A DNA stretch of 64,000 nt. It comes from Dehalococcoidia bacterium (GTDB taxonomy: Bacteria; Chloroflexota; Dehalococcoidia; Bin125). The stretch spans positions 1,720,376-1,784,375 of the forward strand of contig OZ247431.1 of NCBI GenBank assembly GCA_965232875.1, given 5' to 3'. The translations under genes were made by a program, and so were the position numbers. Below the pieces are notes generated by a model. It searched no databases and was not told where the DNA came from. It was given only the letters and a program-made list of their open reading frames with translations. Below, piece after piece: positions 8,786 to 18,264 of this stretch. Numbering within the stretch: the first letter of the stretch is position 1; every line of letters starts with the position of its first letter.

Positions 8786-10465
8786 CGAAGAGAGGCGGCT
8801 TAGTGGGATCGATTGCGGGGATAAACGAAGGAGAGCGCGAACCCAACGCCGGCGCCCAGCATCGCGGCGGCTACAACCGATCGGCGCATGCTTGGGACCG
8901 ATTCGTTACTGATGTTGGCCACAGGCTCATCAGGCGGACGCAACTGGGCCCGAAGTTCCAGATCAAACACGTCCGACACGCCGTTCAAACGCACTGGTTG
9001 ACTGGGACGGGTCGAGATGGGAATGTCTCGCGCCGAGCTCACTACCGGTCCCGATGAACGCGACGCAATCGCCCTCTTCGGCTCGGGGCGCTCAACTGCG
9101 ACGGCGGCGGCGGGCATCCCCTCGCGACGCAGCCGAATCTCCTTCATCCGCAAGATGGCGAGCACCGAGACAAACACGATCGCCGCGGCCAGCAGGAAGT
9201 TGTCGGTGATCGCCGTCGCCACCGCCGCCTGCACCTGAGGCTCGGCGACTGTCCAGACCTCAGGGCCAAGGTCGTTCATCAAGTCTTCGCGGAAGATCGG
9301 ATCGACCAGCTTTTCCGGCTGCACTCTGTCCGCGACATCTGGCTCAAGACGCTCAGTCAGCCCGCTGGCCAGTCGGGCGTTGAACAGCGCCCCAATCACG
9401 CCAATCCCGATCACACCGCCCACTTGCTGGAAGAACTGCGTGAACGCCGAGACAATGCCCAGATACTTCTGCGGGGACGCATTCTGCGAGGCAATCGACA
9501 TCACCGGCATCATCAGTCCCATGCCAATCCCAAACAGGAACATCCGGCCCAGCACGCCGGGAATCGTGGTGTCACGTGTCATGGTCGAGAGCAGCAGCAT
9601 CGAGCTGAACATCATCAAGGAACCGGTTACGGCGAGGAATTTGTAGCGCCCGGTTCGAGACATCACCTGACCGGACACGACTGAGGCGAAGACCGAGACC
9701 AGGATCATCGGTCCCATGACCAGTCCGGCCGTAGCAGCGTCGGCGCCGAGTCCCACCTGCAGGTAAAACTGCAAGTAGACAAACACGCCCATCATGCCCA
9801 CGCCGAGGAAGAAATTCACAACTGCCGTCGTCGCGACGGTGGGGATCTTGAACAGTTCCAGCGGCACGATCGGCTGCTCGGCGCTGCGCTCGACCCGGAA
9901 GAAGAGGTACATCGCCGCCGCTGAGATTGCGAACAGCGCCAGCGTCTGAGGAGCGAACCAACCCCAGGTTGCAGCCAGGCTGAGCGAGATCATCGCCGGC
10001 ACCAGCGCCGTTGTCAGCAACACGACACCCTTGATGTCCAGACGGAACGGCTTCGGCGGAGGCCGTAGCCAGGGCATCTTCAATGCGATCACGAACAGCA
10101 CGATCGGACCCAGCGCCAGCATCACCCAGAAGACCCAACGCCAGGACAACGTCTCAGTCAGGACACCCCCGAGCGGCGCCCCGATCAAGCCGCTCAAGGC
10201 AAACACACCACCGAAGAGTCCGATAAACCGGCCACGGTCGGCGGGCAGGTACAGATCGCCAACGACTGAGAATGTGGCCGTCATCAGGATCGCCGCACCT
10301 ACGCCCTGCACGGCACGCGATCAGCTCATAGATGCCCGGCGCAAACCCGCACATCGCCGAGCCCAACAGGAAAATGATCAGACCGCCGAGCAACACCGGC
10401 TTACGGCCATAGATATCGCTCAACGTGCCGGCCACAGGAATCGTGACGACCTGCGCCATGATGAA

Positions 10466-10490
10466 GGGAATGAATCCCCAAGGTTGACAA
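10466..10490. repeat. Left terminal inverted repeat of IS1595-family element
   Basis: GGGAATGAATCCCCAAGGTTGACAA. Confidence 0.8.
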
Positions 10491-10535
10491 CCAGATAGGA
10501 TTTCTGTACCCTGAATACATCAGGGAGAGACAGAA

Positions 10536-11456
10536 ATGACCAACAAAGAACGCACCGGAATCAGCCTCATGCAGTTGGCCGACATGTTCCCTGACGAGGA
10601 TTCCGCCCGCGTCTGGTTCGAATCACGCATCTGGGGCGATGAGCGACATTGCCCGCGTTGCGGCTCCGATAAGACCGTCGAATCCAAGCACGCCAAGATG
10701 CCGTACTGGTGCACTGAGGGCCGCCACTACTTCTCGGTCAAGACGGGTACGGTCATGGAGTCGTCGAAGCTCCCGCTGCGCAAGTGGGTCTACGCCATCT
10801 ACCTACACCTCACGTCGCTCAAAGGCGTCTCGTCGCACAAGCTGGCGCGCGATATCGGCATCGGCCAACGTGCCGCCTGGTTCATGTTGCAGCGCATCCG
10901 GCAAGCGTTCGAGGAAGACAGCGGTGCGCAGTTCGGCGGTCCGGTCGAAGTCGATGAGACGTACATCGGCGGTCGCGAGAAGAACAAGCACTCAAGCAAG
11001 CGGCTCAAGCAGGGTCGCGGCACAGTCGGCAAGACGGCAGTCGTGGGGGCGAAGGATCGCAAGACCAAGCAGGTCAAAGCCAAAGTCGTCGGCAACGTTG
11101 ACCGCATGACGCTGCATGGATTCATCGACGACTACGTCGCGCGCGGCGCCCAGCTCTACACGGATGAGGCCACGGCCTATCGCGGCGCACGTATGAACCA
11201 TGGCGCGGTCAGGCACTCGGTCGGCGAGTACGTGGACGGGATGGCGCACACGAACGGGATTGAGTCGTTCTGGGCGATGCTCAAGCGCGGCTACATCGGG
11301 ACGTATCACCAGATGTCGGCGAAGCACCTGCATCGCTACATCTGCGAGTTCGCAGGGCGTCACAACGTGCGGCGGTTGGACACGGCGGAGCAGATGGGCG
11401 AGCTGGCGTCGGGGATGCAGGGCAAGCGCCTGACCTACGCGGAGCTGATCAGTTAG
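10536..11456 (+). CDS. IS1595-family transposase (N-terminal zinc-ribbon + DDE domain)
   Basis: GISLMQLADMFPDEDSARVWFESRIWG…CPRCGS…YWCTEGRHYFSVKTGTVMESSKLPLRKWVYAIYL…TSLKGVSSHKLARDIGI is the hallmark IS1595 transposase N-terminus. Confidence 0.9.
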   Translation: MTNKERTGISLMQLADMFPDEDSARVWFESRIWGDERHCPRCGSDKTVESKHAKMPYWCTEGRHYFSVKTGTVMESSKLPLRKWVYAIYLHLTSLKGVSSHKLARDIGIGQRAAWFMLQRIRQAFEEDSGAQFGGPVEVDETYIGGREKNKHSSKRLKQGRGTVGKTAVVGAKDRKTKQVKAKVVGNVDRMTLHGFIDDYVARGAQLYTDEATAYRGARMNHGAVRHSVGEYVDGMAHTNGIESFWAMLKRGYIGTYHQMSAKHLHRYICEFAGRHNVRRLDTAEQMGELASGMQGKRLTYAELIS

Positions 11457-11785
11457 ATACCACCAAGCCCCAGGCGCTTCGTGAGAACATCACTTCGCTC
11501 TTGTAGCTGTTCGCGCTCGCGAAGCAGACTGGCGAGTTCGGCCGGCTTGGGAAGAACGAATGGATGGCCAGGTCGCGAGTCATCGAGAAAATTCAGGTCC
11601 AGATTGTTGCCCTCACCGTCGATCCCAAACGCGCGACTCGAATTCTCACGACATGCATCCTGGGCATATCTGAACACCTGTCCATACTCGTCGAGCTTAT
11701 CCTGGACACATCTCAGAGTCCGTCCAGCGTCTTGGAGCTCTCTGAGCATTTGGCCTCGTCGCGCGTCTTCTTCTTTGGCGTTCAT
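11453..11785 (-). CDS. Hypothetical 110-aa passenger protein inside the IS1595-family element
   Basis: Intact ORF in AT-richer DNA. Immediately downstream of, and co-oriented with, the HExxH passenger gene. Confidence 0.4.
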   Translation of the reverse strand: MNAKEEDARRGQMLRELQDAGRTLRCVQDKLDEYGQVFRYAQDACRENSSRAFGIDGEGNNLDLNFLDDSRPGHPFVLPKPAELASLLREREQLQERSDVLTKRLGLGGI

Positions 11786-11845
11786 CCTCTTACCCTTCGC
11801 TACTGCCCTGAGCTTATTCCTTTCTTCGTTGCTGCCTCGCCCCGT

Positions 11846-12529
11846 TCATTTGATCGGGTCGTAGACCACGCCTTCGCAGACGTTCAGGCCAAGCCCAGCC
11901 TCGACCACCCAACCGCACTGTGACACAGGGTCATACAGCCCGAGCAGGTCCAGCATCCATGCCAGCACATCCACCCATGTGTGCGAGTGCATCGAGGGTG
12001 GCTTACCCAAGATCTCCCAGTCCGCATGATGAGCAAACTCATGAAGAATCGGGAAGATCAGCAGCTCTTCAGGATTGAACACCAATGTGGTGTTCCCACC
12101 CTCCCGGATCGCACAGGCCAACCCGTGAGCAGGACAACGGTCGAAGTTCGTCGACACTCTCGGAACCTGGATACCCAATGCGTCGGCCATGCTCGCCACG
12201 GCCACCCTCGTCTCGGCCATCGTTCGCGGCTCATACAGGAAGTCGATCGCCTCCGCGCCGATCAAGTCGCACCCCTGCGTGAACGTCAAGGTGTTCAGGA
12301 ACAACGCCTGGACGGTCTCCATATCGCGCACACTTGAGAAATCCCGTTTGCTGTGGACTTCTGCAAGCCTGGTCCGAAAATTTTCAGCGGGATAGCCGAG
12401 ATCGGGACAATCGACTGCAACGATTGGCGGGGGTTCAGGCTCGACGTCTAACTCGGCCGGGACAATGCCGGCGCTCAGTGCGAGCAACAGGTACCAAAGG
12501 AGAGCGAGAGCGGGTGTGATCCAAGCCAT
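11846..12529 (-). CDS. Secreted HExxH (zincin-like) metallopeptidase-like passenger protein
   Basis: N-terminal signal peptide MAWITPALALLWYLLLALSAG. HEFAHH motif followed by further His/Glu residues. Several Cys. Located within the IS boundaries. Confidence 0.5.
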   Translation of the reverse strand: MAWITPALALLWYLLLALSAGIVPAELDVEPEPPPIVAVDCPDLGYPAENFRTRLAEVHSKRDFSSVRDMETVQALFLNTLTFTQGCDLIGAEAIDFLYEPRTMAETRVAVASMADALGIQVPRVSTNFDRCPAHGLACAIREGGNTTLVFNPEELLIFPILHEFAHHADWEILGKPPSMHSHTWVDVLAWMLDLLGLYDPVSQCGWVVEAGLGLNVCEGVVYDPIK

Positions 12530-12792
12530 GATGTGTTCCCAACTGCCTGCGTCGTAAGTTGGAGAACAGGGCGTACGGCAAATGGATCACGTGGTCGGAG
12601 GACGGCGGCGAAGGCAGATGGGGTACGAGGCACAGGGCCCCCTTCTTGGCGACGGACTGAGCTGTCGCCAAACAGAGATCAAACCGTCTGTGTGCCGAGA
12701 AGGGGACATCAGGACACCTCAATCCGCAAGGTCGACACATTGCCGGCTGCGATCTCTGTTTGGCAGGGGCAGGCTAGGGAGCTAGAATCAGA

Positions 12793-12817
12793 CTGTCAAC
12801 CTTTAGGCTTTATTCCC
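12793..12817. repeat. Right terminal inverted repeat of IS1595-family element
   Basis: CTGTCAACCTTTAGGCTTTATTCCC, reverse complement GGGAATAAAGCCTAAAGGTTGACAG. Confidence 0.8.
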
Positions 12818-13189
12818 ATGATGAAGGCCTGCACCAGCCAGGGATACAACTCGAGCCCGCCCAGCTCCGAGACGATCTGCGGCATCGCCGGATTGACCAC
12901 GCTCTGCTCGAGCGAGGCCATGAACATGCCCAACATCGCGCTGATGATGATCAGCCGCTTGGTCCGCTTCGGCAGATCAATGCCCAGCGGGCGCTGCTCG
13001 TCGGGCGACGCTTGGGGATCGGCAGAGTCGGTGTGGACGGACACGTAGAACTGTTTCGGCTGCGCGAACTAACCCTCAGGGTACGAAGCTGCGCGAATGC
13101 GGGCTAGTCGCAGCGACTCGGGAGCGCATTCGACCGAGTGCTAACCTGATTACATCTCCCGCATCCTCGCTGACAGGAAGGTAAACGCC

Positions 13190-14371
13190 ATGGCCGAGAT
13201 GATCTGTGATCGCATCAAGGTGATCGACTCTGACACCCACGTTTCCGAGCCGGAAACGCTCTGGACCGACAGAATTTCCACTCAGAAATGGGGCGACCTC
13301 GTCCCCCACGTGATCTTCGATCCCGAGATCAACGAGGACCGCTGGGTCATGGGCGGCAAGAAGTTCATGCCCACCGCCGGCGCCGCGATGGCCGGCTGGA
13401 AGACTCCGCCGCCGAACCACCCGCCCAGCCTCAAGGAAGCCGACCACGGTAGCTGGGAAATCCACGAGCGCCTGCAGCGCATGGACGAGTACGGCATGCA
13501 CGCCCAGGTCGTCTACCCGAACGTCGGCGGCTTCGGCTCCGGCAACTTCCTGCAGATGACCGATGACGAGCTGCGCCTCGACTGTGTGCGCGCCTACAAC
13601 GACTTCCTGGTCGAGTGGACCTCGGTCGAGCCGTCGCGCTTCATCCCGATCATGGCGATGCCCTTCTGGGACGTGCAGGCCTGCGTCGACGAGATGCAGC
13701 GCGCCTACGACCGCGGGCACCGCGGTGTGTTGATGACTAACCAGCCGCACACCTTCGGACTGCCGCGCATCACTGAGCAGCACTGGGATCCGCTGTGGAA
13801 TCAGGCGCAGGACATGGGCCTGTCGATTAACTTCCACATCGGCTCCGGCGACCTCACCGAGCTGCGCAACGTGACCGTCGACAACGGCCGTCAGGCCGCC
13901 TACGCCAAATCGACCGTCAAGCTGTTCCTCGACAACTCGAACGCCATTCTCGACGTGATCCTCTCCGGCATGTGCCACCGCTTCCCAGAGCTGAAGATCG
14001 TCTCGGTCGAGTCCGGCGTTGGTTGGATTCCCTACCTGCTCGAAGCGATGGACTGGCAGTGGCTCAACTCCGGCTGCCGCGAAGAGCACCCGGAGATGGA
14101 CCTGCTGCCCTCTGAGTACTTCAAGCGCCAGTGCTACGGCTGCTTCTGGTTCGAAGAGGACTCGGTGCTCAAGGCAATCGAGTCGTTCGGCTCCGAGAAC
14201 TTCCTGTTCGAGACCGACTTCCCCCACCCGACTTCGATGTCGCCGGGCCCGAACTCAGTCGCCCGCAACCCGAAGGAGCACGTCGAGGAAGTCCTCAGCG
14301 TCCTGCCCGAGGAAGACCTGCTCAACGTCCTCCAACGAAACGCCGCCAAGGTCTACAACTTCGAGGTGTAG
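13190..14371 (+). CDS. Amidohydrolase-2 family metal-dependent hydrolase/decarboxylase (ACMSD/LigW-like)
   Basis: VIDSDTHVSEP…(HxH-type metal ligands), 393 aa, typical PF04909-like organisation. Confidence 0.75.
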   Translation: MAEMICDRIKVIDSDTHVSEPETLWTDRISTQKWGDLVPHVIFDPEINEDRWVMGGKKFMPTAGAAMAGWKTPPPNHPPSLKEADHGSWEIHERLQRMDEYGMHAQVVYPNVGGFGSGNFLQMTDDELRLDCVRAYNDFLVEWTSVEPSRFIPIMAMPFWDVQACVDEMQRAYDRGHRGVLMTNQPHTFGLPRITEQHWDPLWNQAQDMGLSINFHIGSGDLTELRNVTVDNGRQAAYAKSTVKLFLDNSNAILDVILSGMCHRFPELKIVSVESGVGWIPYLLEAMDWQWLNSGCREEHPEMDLLPSEYFKRQCYGCFWFEEDSVLKAIESFGSENFLFETDFPHPTSMSPGPNSVARNPKEHVEEVLSVLPEEDLLNVLQRNAAKVYNFEV

Positions 14372-14531
14372 TCGGCCTCACAAACCGGTTTTGAAACTTC
14401 GGGTCCGAACCGCGGTTCGGGCCCGAAGCGTAAACCTCGTGGCACGTGAGAAACATCGCTCCCGATACTCTACGGATTCAAGGGACCTCAGAACATTGAG
14501 GTTCTTCCCGAGGGTGGAAGAAGGAGTCGTC

Positions 14532-15131
14532 ATGGTATTTCGCTTATATGCTGGGGCCTCAGGCGCTTTGACACAAGGCTGGCACGTGGACTGCGATCCA
14601 GACAGGGATCCTAGCGAAGCAATGGCTATCGACATCGGTGCCTCAGTCGGAGACACCGTTCGCTTCCGAATCTACAACGATGGCTCGATTCCAATAACGT
14701 TTAGGTACCGAGTAGACAACGCAACTTTTCCCAGGGGAGTGACATCGTCCGTGATGGTAGAGGTTGATTCCGGGCCCACTAACTACGTTTTTCGATACAC
14801 ACACTTAGACGTTGAATCCACTATACCGGACGGTAGCTGGAGCGGTTACACCGCCGTACAGGCTGGCCAAACAGCGGGAAAGATTGTTGGAACTGTATCA
14901 GACGTATACAGTGATCTCGACTACTTGGGATACGCGGTGGTGGAGGGGAAGGAGACCTGCAAGAAGTCCGGCGGAACAACTGACGTGGGCGGACTTTGCT
15001 CCTCCGGGCCTCACCTACACCAGGCCGCTTCGGATGGATATACTGACCCTTGCCTAGCGCCCGGTGCCGCGCCAAGCAAAGGGTCGATCCCAAGCACCCT
15101 AAATGGTGGGACAGTGGTGTTTTCAGTCTGA
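14532..15131 (+). CDS. Hypothetical protein (about 200 aa) with weak M23-peptidase-like HxxxD … GPHLH motifs
   Basis: Strong RBS AAGGAG. AT-richer patch. WHVDCD and SSGPHLHQ motifs. No signal peptide. Confidence 0.4.
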   Translation: MVFRLYAGASGALTQGWHVDCDPDRDPSEAMAIDIGASVGDTVRFRIYNDGSIPITFRYRVDNATFPRGVTSSVMVEVDSGPTNYVFRYTHLDVESTIPDGSWSGYTAVQAGQTAGKIVGTVSDVYSDLDYLGYAVVEGKETCKKSGGTTDVGGLCSSGPHLHQAASDGYTDPCLAPGAAPSKGSIPSTLNGGTVVFSV

Positions 15132-15164
15132 GCTTGTGCTGCCGGTTGAGATCGGGCGCTGCAT

Positions 15165-16133
15165 ATGGCGATGCGAACAGTCTCGTGGCTCGTCGCAACA
15201 GCCTTCTTGACCTTGCTCATGACCGCGTGCGCGAATGCTCCAGATGATGATCTCGCACGGCTGGAGCGAATCACGCTGGAGGGTACAAATGCGCTGCCTC
15301 GGTTCTTACATGTTTATGATGCCAAAGGCCAACTTGTTGTAACATGGCTGAGCGATCGCGGGCCGATTGGCTGGATAGAAGATCCAGAAACACTCCTGTT
15401 TATTGGATCCACGTCCCAAGGAATTGAATTAGTTACTGGTGATCCCAGTGACGCTACGACATACCGTCTTGCATCTCACGTCCGCGGCTTTGTGAGCGTT
15501 GCGGATCAACCCGATATGTTGATCATGGAGGATGGTGATGAAGTACGTCAACTGCCTCTGCCTGGCCGCTTGGTAAGATCTGCATATCCACCAGGATTCG
15601 AATACGCGGCGGGGCCACTGCGTGTAGAAGACGAGGAAGTATGGTTTGGCGAGACACGGCTCCTCGCCAATCGCGGCCTGACGTTCGCCTTGCTCGCTTC
15701 ACCCAGCGGTCGGTGGGTGGTCGTGTTGGAGATGCAAGGGCACGGTTCACGCATCGAGTACCGTCTCAGCGCTGGTGAGGACGTACCGCAGGTTGTTGTC
15801 GTTCCGGATGACGCACCCTTATCTGAAACGCCATCGCCCTCGGCCTTGTCACCACTCGGGACCAGAGTTGCGCAAGTCGAGCCGCTACGGACGTTGCTCA
15901 ACTATCGTGACGGGGTGTTGCTCTGGCACGATCCAAACGGCGGTGATCCTGATGTGTGGTGGTCCCCCGACGGCAGCTACTTCACGTACTTCTCCTGGGA
16001 CGACCGTCTGATGGTTGCCGACCAGGACGGCCAGGTGCGTGTCGCCCTCCGAGGTCTCCGGCGACACCAGTTCCGCGGCTGGAGCGGAGATGCCATCAGC
16101 TGGCGCATTTGGACAGTCGGCGGGCATCCGTAG
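15165..16133 (+). CDS. Lipoprotein with PD40/TolB-like beta-propeller repeats
   Basis: Signal peptide plus lipobox LLMTAC. WSPDGSYFTYFSWDD-type repeats. Confidence 0.55.
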   Translation: MAMRTVSWLVATAFLTLLMTACANAPDDDLARLERITLEGTNALPRFLHVYDAKGQLVVTWLSDRGPIGWIEDPETLLFIGSTSQGIELVTGDPSDATTYRLASHVRGFVSVADQPDMLIMEDGDEVRQLPLPGRLVRSAYPPGFEYAAGPLRVEDEEVWFGETRLLANRGLTFALLASPSGRWVVVLEMQGHGSRIEYRLSAGEDVPQVVVVPDDAPLSETPSPSALSPLGTRVAQVEPLRTLLNYRDGVLLWHDPNGGDPDVWWSPDGSYFTYFSWDDRLMVADQDGQVRVALRGLRRHQFRGWSGDAISWRIWTVGGHP

Positions 16134-16207
16134 TTGCCCCGAGCCAAGTCGCCCACTGCCGACTTGTTTGTCCTTATCCTGAGGCGAAGCGGAATTTGAG
16201 GGCGTCT

Positions 16208-16804
16208 ATGACAACTGAGACCGGGCTCCTGACCGCTTGCGACCTGCTGCGCCTGCACAGTCAGGGCGTTCGCGGCGAGCTGATCCGGGGAGTCCTCATC
16301 GCGCGACAACCAGGCGGGATCGAGAGCGGAGCGATCATTGCCAACTTCGCAATGGAGCTCGGCAATTTCCTGAATGACAAGCGCGTCGGTCGAGGCGCAG
16401 TCGGATCTGGCTATTGGCTGGAACGTGACCCGGATACGGTTCGCGAAGCCCAAGTCGGCTACATCTCGTCGGAACGACTACCGCTGCACCAACGATGTAC
16501 CGGCTACGCCGAAGTTGCGCCAGACCTGGTGGTGGAAGTACAGGGCTTCAACCGAGAATGGCTTGAGGTCAACGACAAGGCCCGCATGTGGCTCAGCTTC
16601 GGCGTGCGATTGGTCTGGGTCGTGCGTCCGAGGGATCGCACGGTCGATGTCCATCGAGCGGGACGCTTGACGGAGTCGATTGGCGAAGATGGCGACTTGG
16701 AGGGCCTCGACGTTCTGCCGGGGTTCAGGTGTTCGTTGGCGTCGATCTTCGGCCCACAGGCTATTCAGGCCTCTCGACGGGGCATTCGCTACACTGCCGA
16801 TTGA
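16208..16804 (+). CDS. Uma2-family (DUF820) putative endonuclease
   Basis: Size and …APDLVVEVQ…WLEVN…MWLSFGVRLVWVV… pattern typical of Uma2 proteins. Confidence 0.65.
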   Translation: MTTETGLLTACDLLRLHSQGVRGELIRGVLIARQPGGIESGAIIANFAMELGNFLNDKRVGRGAVGSGYWLERDPDTVREAQVGYISSERLPLHQRCTGYAEVAPDLVVEVQGFNREWLEVNDKARMWLSFGVRLVWVVRPRDRTVDVHRAGRLTESIGEDGDLEGLDVLPGFRCSLASIFGPQAIQASRRGIRYTAD

Positions 16805-16852
16805 ACTGAAATCCGCAGGCGCGCGTGCGCCTCACAGAGAGGAACTCGAACG

Positions 16853-18157
16853 ATGGAAATGCAGAATGTCGTCATCGTTGACGGCGCTCGCTCCGCTTTC
16901 GCCCGTGGTGGCCGTGGCGCGTTCACGGCGACCCGCCTCGACACCATTGGCGTCCAGGTGCTCCAGGAACTGCTGGGACGCTACCCGCAGCTCTCCCCGC
17001 ATGACATTGAAGACGTCGGCATGGGCTGCGTCGGCGGCGTGACCGAACTCGCCGGTATCGGCGCCAACCACATCGTGCGACTGGCCGGCCTGCCCGAGTC
17101 CGTCTGCACCTTCGACTCCAACCGCCAGTGCGGCTCCTCCATGGAGACCATGCACCGCGTCGCGCAGGAGATCATGGTCGGCGCGATTGACGTCGGCGTG
17201 GCGCTCGGCGTCGAGCGCATGGGCCGACAGCTCGGCGGCGGCGGCGGCGCGGAACCGACCCGCATCACCGAGTTCAACCAGGACCGCCACAACATGACGG
17301 AAGACCAGCGCAACCTGGCCCCGTCGCACAACCTCGACTTCTCCGTTCCGATTCCGGACGAGATTCTCGACTCTTCGCCGGTCACCTCGATGCTGCAGAC
17401 CGCCCAGAACGTCGCCGAGATGTACAACATCTCCCGCGAGGAACTGGACGAGTTCGCGGTCGAGTCGCACCGCAAGTACGGCGAGGCGCTGGCCTCGGGC
17501 TTCTACCAGGGCGAAATCGTCCCGATCGAGGTCGAAATGCCGGTCTTTGACGACGAGGGCAACCTGCTGCTCGACGAGCGCGGCGAGAAGCGCACAGTCG
17601 AGGTCGACGAGGGCTTCCGCCCGGGCACGAACTTCGAGGGCCTCAGCGGTCTGCGCACCGTGCGCGGCACCGTCTCCCACACGCAGAGCGAAATCCGCAT
17701 CACGGCGGGCAACAGCTGCCCGACCAACGACGGCTTCACCGCCGCGCTGCTGATGAGCGAGCGCAAGGCGGACGAGCTCGGCCTCGAGCCGCTGGCTCGC
17801 ATCGCCGGCTTCGGCGTCGGTGGCGTCAAGCCGCAGGTCATGGGCCTCGGCCCGATCCCGGCGACCCGCAAGGCCATGGCCCACGCTGGCATCGACGCCT
17901 CGGAAATCGACCGCGTCGAGTTCAACGAAGCCTTCGCCGCACAGGTCATCCCGTCGGTCAAGGAACTCGGCATCGACATGGACAAGGTGAACGTCAACGG
18001 CGGTTCGCTGGCCATCGGTCACCCATTGGGCGCCACCGGCACCCGCCTCGTCACCACCGTCGCGCGAGAGCTCAAGCGCTCCGGCGGCCAGTACGGCCTC
18101 GCCACCCAGTGCATCGGCGCTGGCATGGGCATCAGCACGATCATCGAGGCTGTCTAG
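16853..18157 (+). CDS. Acetyl-CoA acetyltransferase / thiolase family
   Basis: VVIVDGARSAFARGGRGAF…NRQCGSS…, C-terminal …GNSCPTNDGF…CIGAGMG. 434 aa. Confidence 0.85.
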   Translation: MEMQNVVIVDGARSAFARGGRGAFTATRLDTIGVQVLQELLGRYPQLSPHDIEDVGMGCVGGVTELAGIGANHIVRLAGLPESVCTFDSNRQCGSSMETMHRVAQEIMVGAIDVGVALGVERMGRQLGGGGGAEPTRITEFNQDRHNMTEDQRNLAPSHNLDFSVPIPDEILDSSPVTSMLQTAQNVAEMYNISREELDEFAVESHRKYGEALASGFYQGEIVPIEVEMPVFDDEGNLLLDERGEKRTVEVDEGFRPGTNFEGLSGLRTVRGTVSHTQSEIRITAGNSCPTNDGFTAALLMSERKADELGLEPLARIAGFGVGGVKPQVMGLGPIPATRKAMAHAGIDASEIDRVEFNEAFAAQVIPSVKELGIDMDKVNVNGGSLAIGHPLGATGTRLVTTVARELKRSGGQYGLATQCIGAGMGISTIIEAV

Positions 18158-18264
18158 CTTCGAGCCAACTGGCAAAAGCCACAAGCGGGCGCGGGGATCA
18201 ACCCCCGCGCCCGCTTTGCGCTATAGGAACAAGTGGGCTACATTGTGCGCATGGAGCAGAACGC

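Larger units (their letters stand above)
10466..12817 (+). mobile_element. IS1595-family insertion element (about 2.35 kb) with transposase and two passenger genes
   Basis: 25-bp imperfect terminal inverted repeats: GGGAATGAATCCCCAAGGTTGACAA (left) and the reverse complement of CTGTCAACCTTTAGGCTTTATTCCC (right), 21/25 matching. 8-bp direct target duplication ATGATGAA at 10458-10465 and 12818-12825. Interior is AT-richer than the flanks. Confidence 0.85.
8800..13044 (-). pseudogene. MFS (DHA2/EmrB-QacA-type) transporter gene, interrupted by IS1595-family insertion and carrying an additional frameshift near 10311-10330
   Basis: N-terminal fragment 12826..13044 reads …PAMPQIVSELGGLELYPWLVQAFIM. 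It continues after the element as MAQVVTIPVAGTLSDIYGRKPVLL… (10312..10459). The reading frame then switches at about 10320 (…LIACRA | QGVGAAILM…) into the 8800..10311 ORF. The 8-bp duplication ATGATGAA flanks the insertion. Confidence 0.8.

Noticed and set aside
8682-8912. 76-aa ORF containing HPNPLPEGEGTEERR
   Set aside because: It is the translation of the REP-like palindromic repeat, not a gene.
13076-14227. 383-aa minus-strand ORF
   Set aside because: Antisense to a well-supported amidohydrolase gene. Typical high-GC shadow ORF with no family resemblance.
16832-18184. 450-aa minus-strand ORF
   Set aside because: Antisense to the thiolase gene. Ala/Gly/Arg-rich low-complexity translation.
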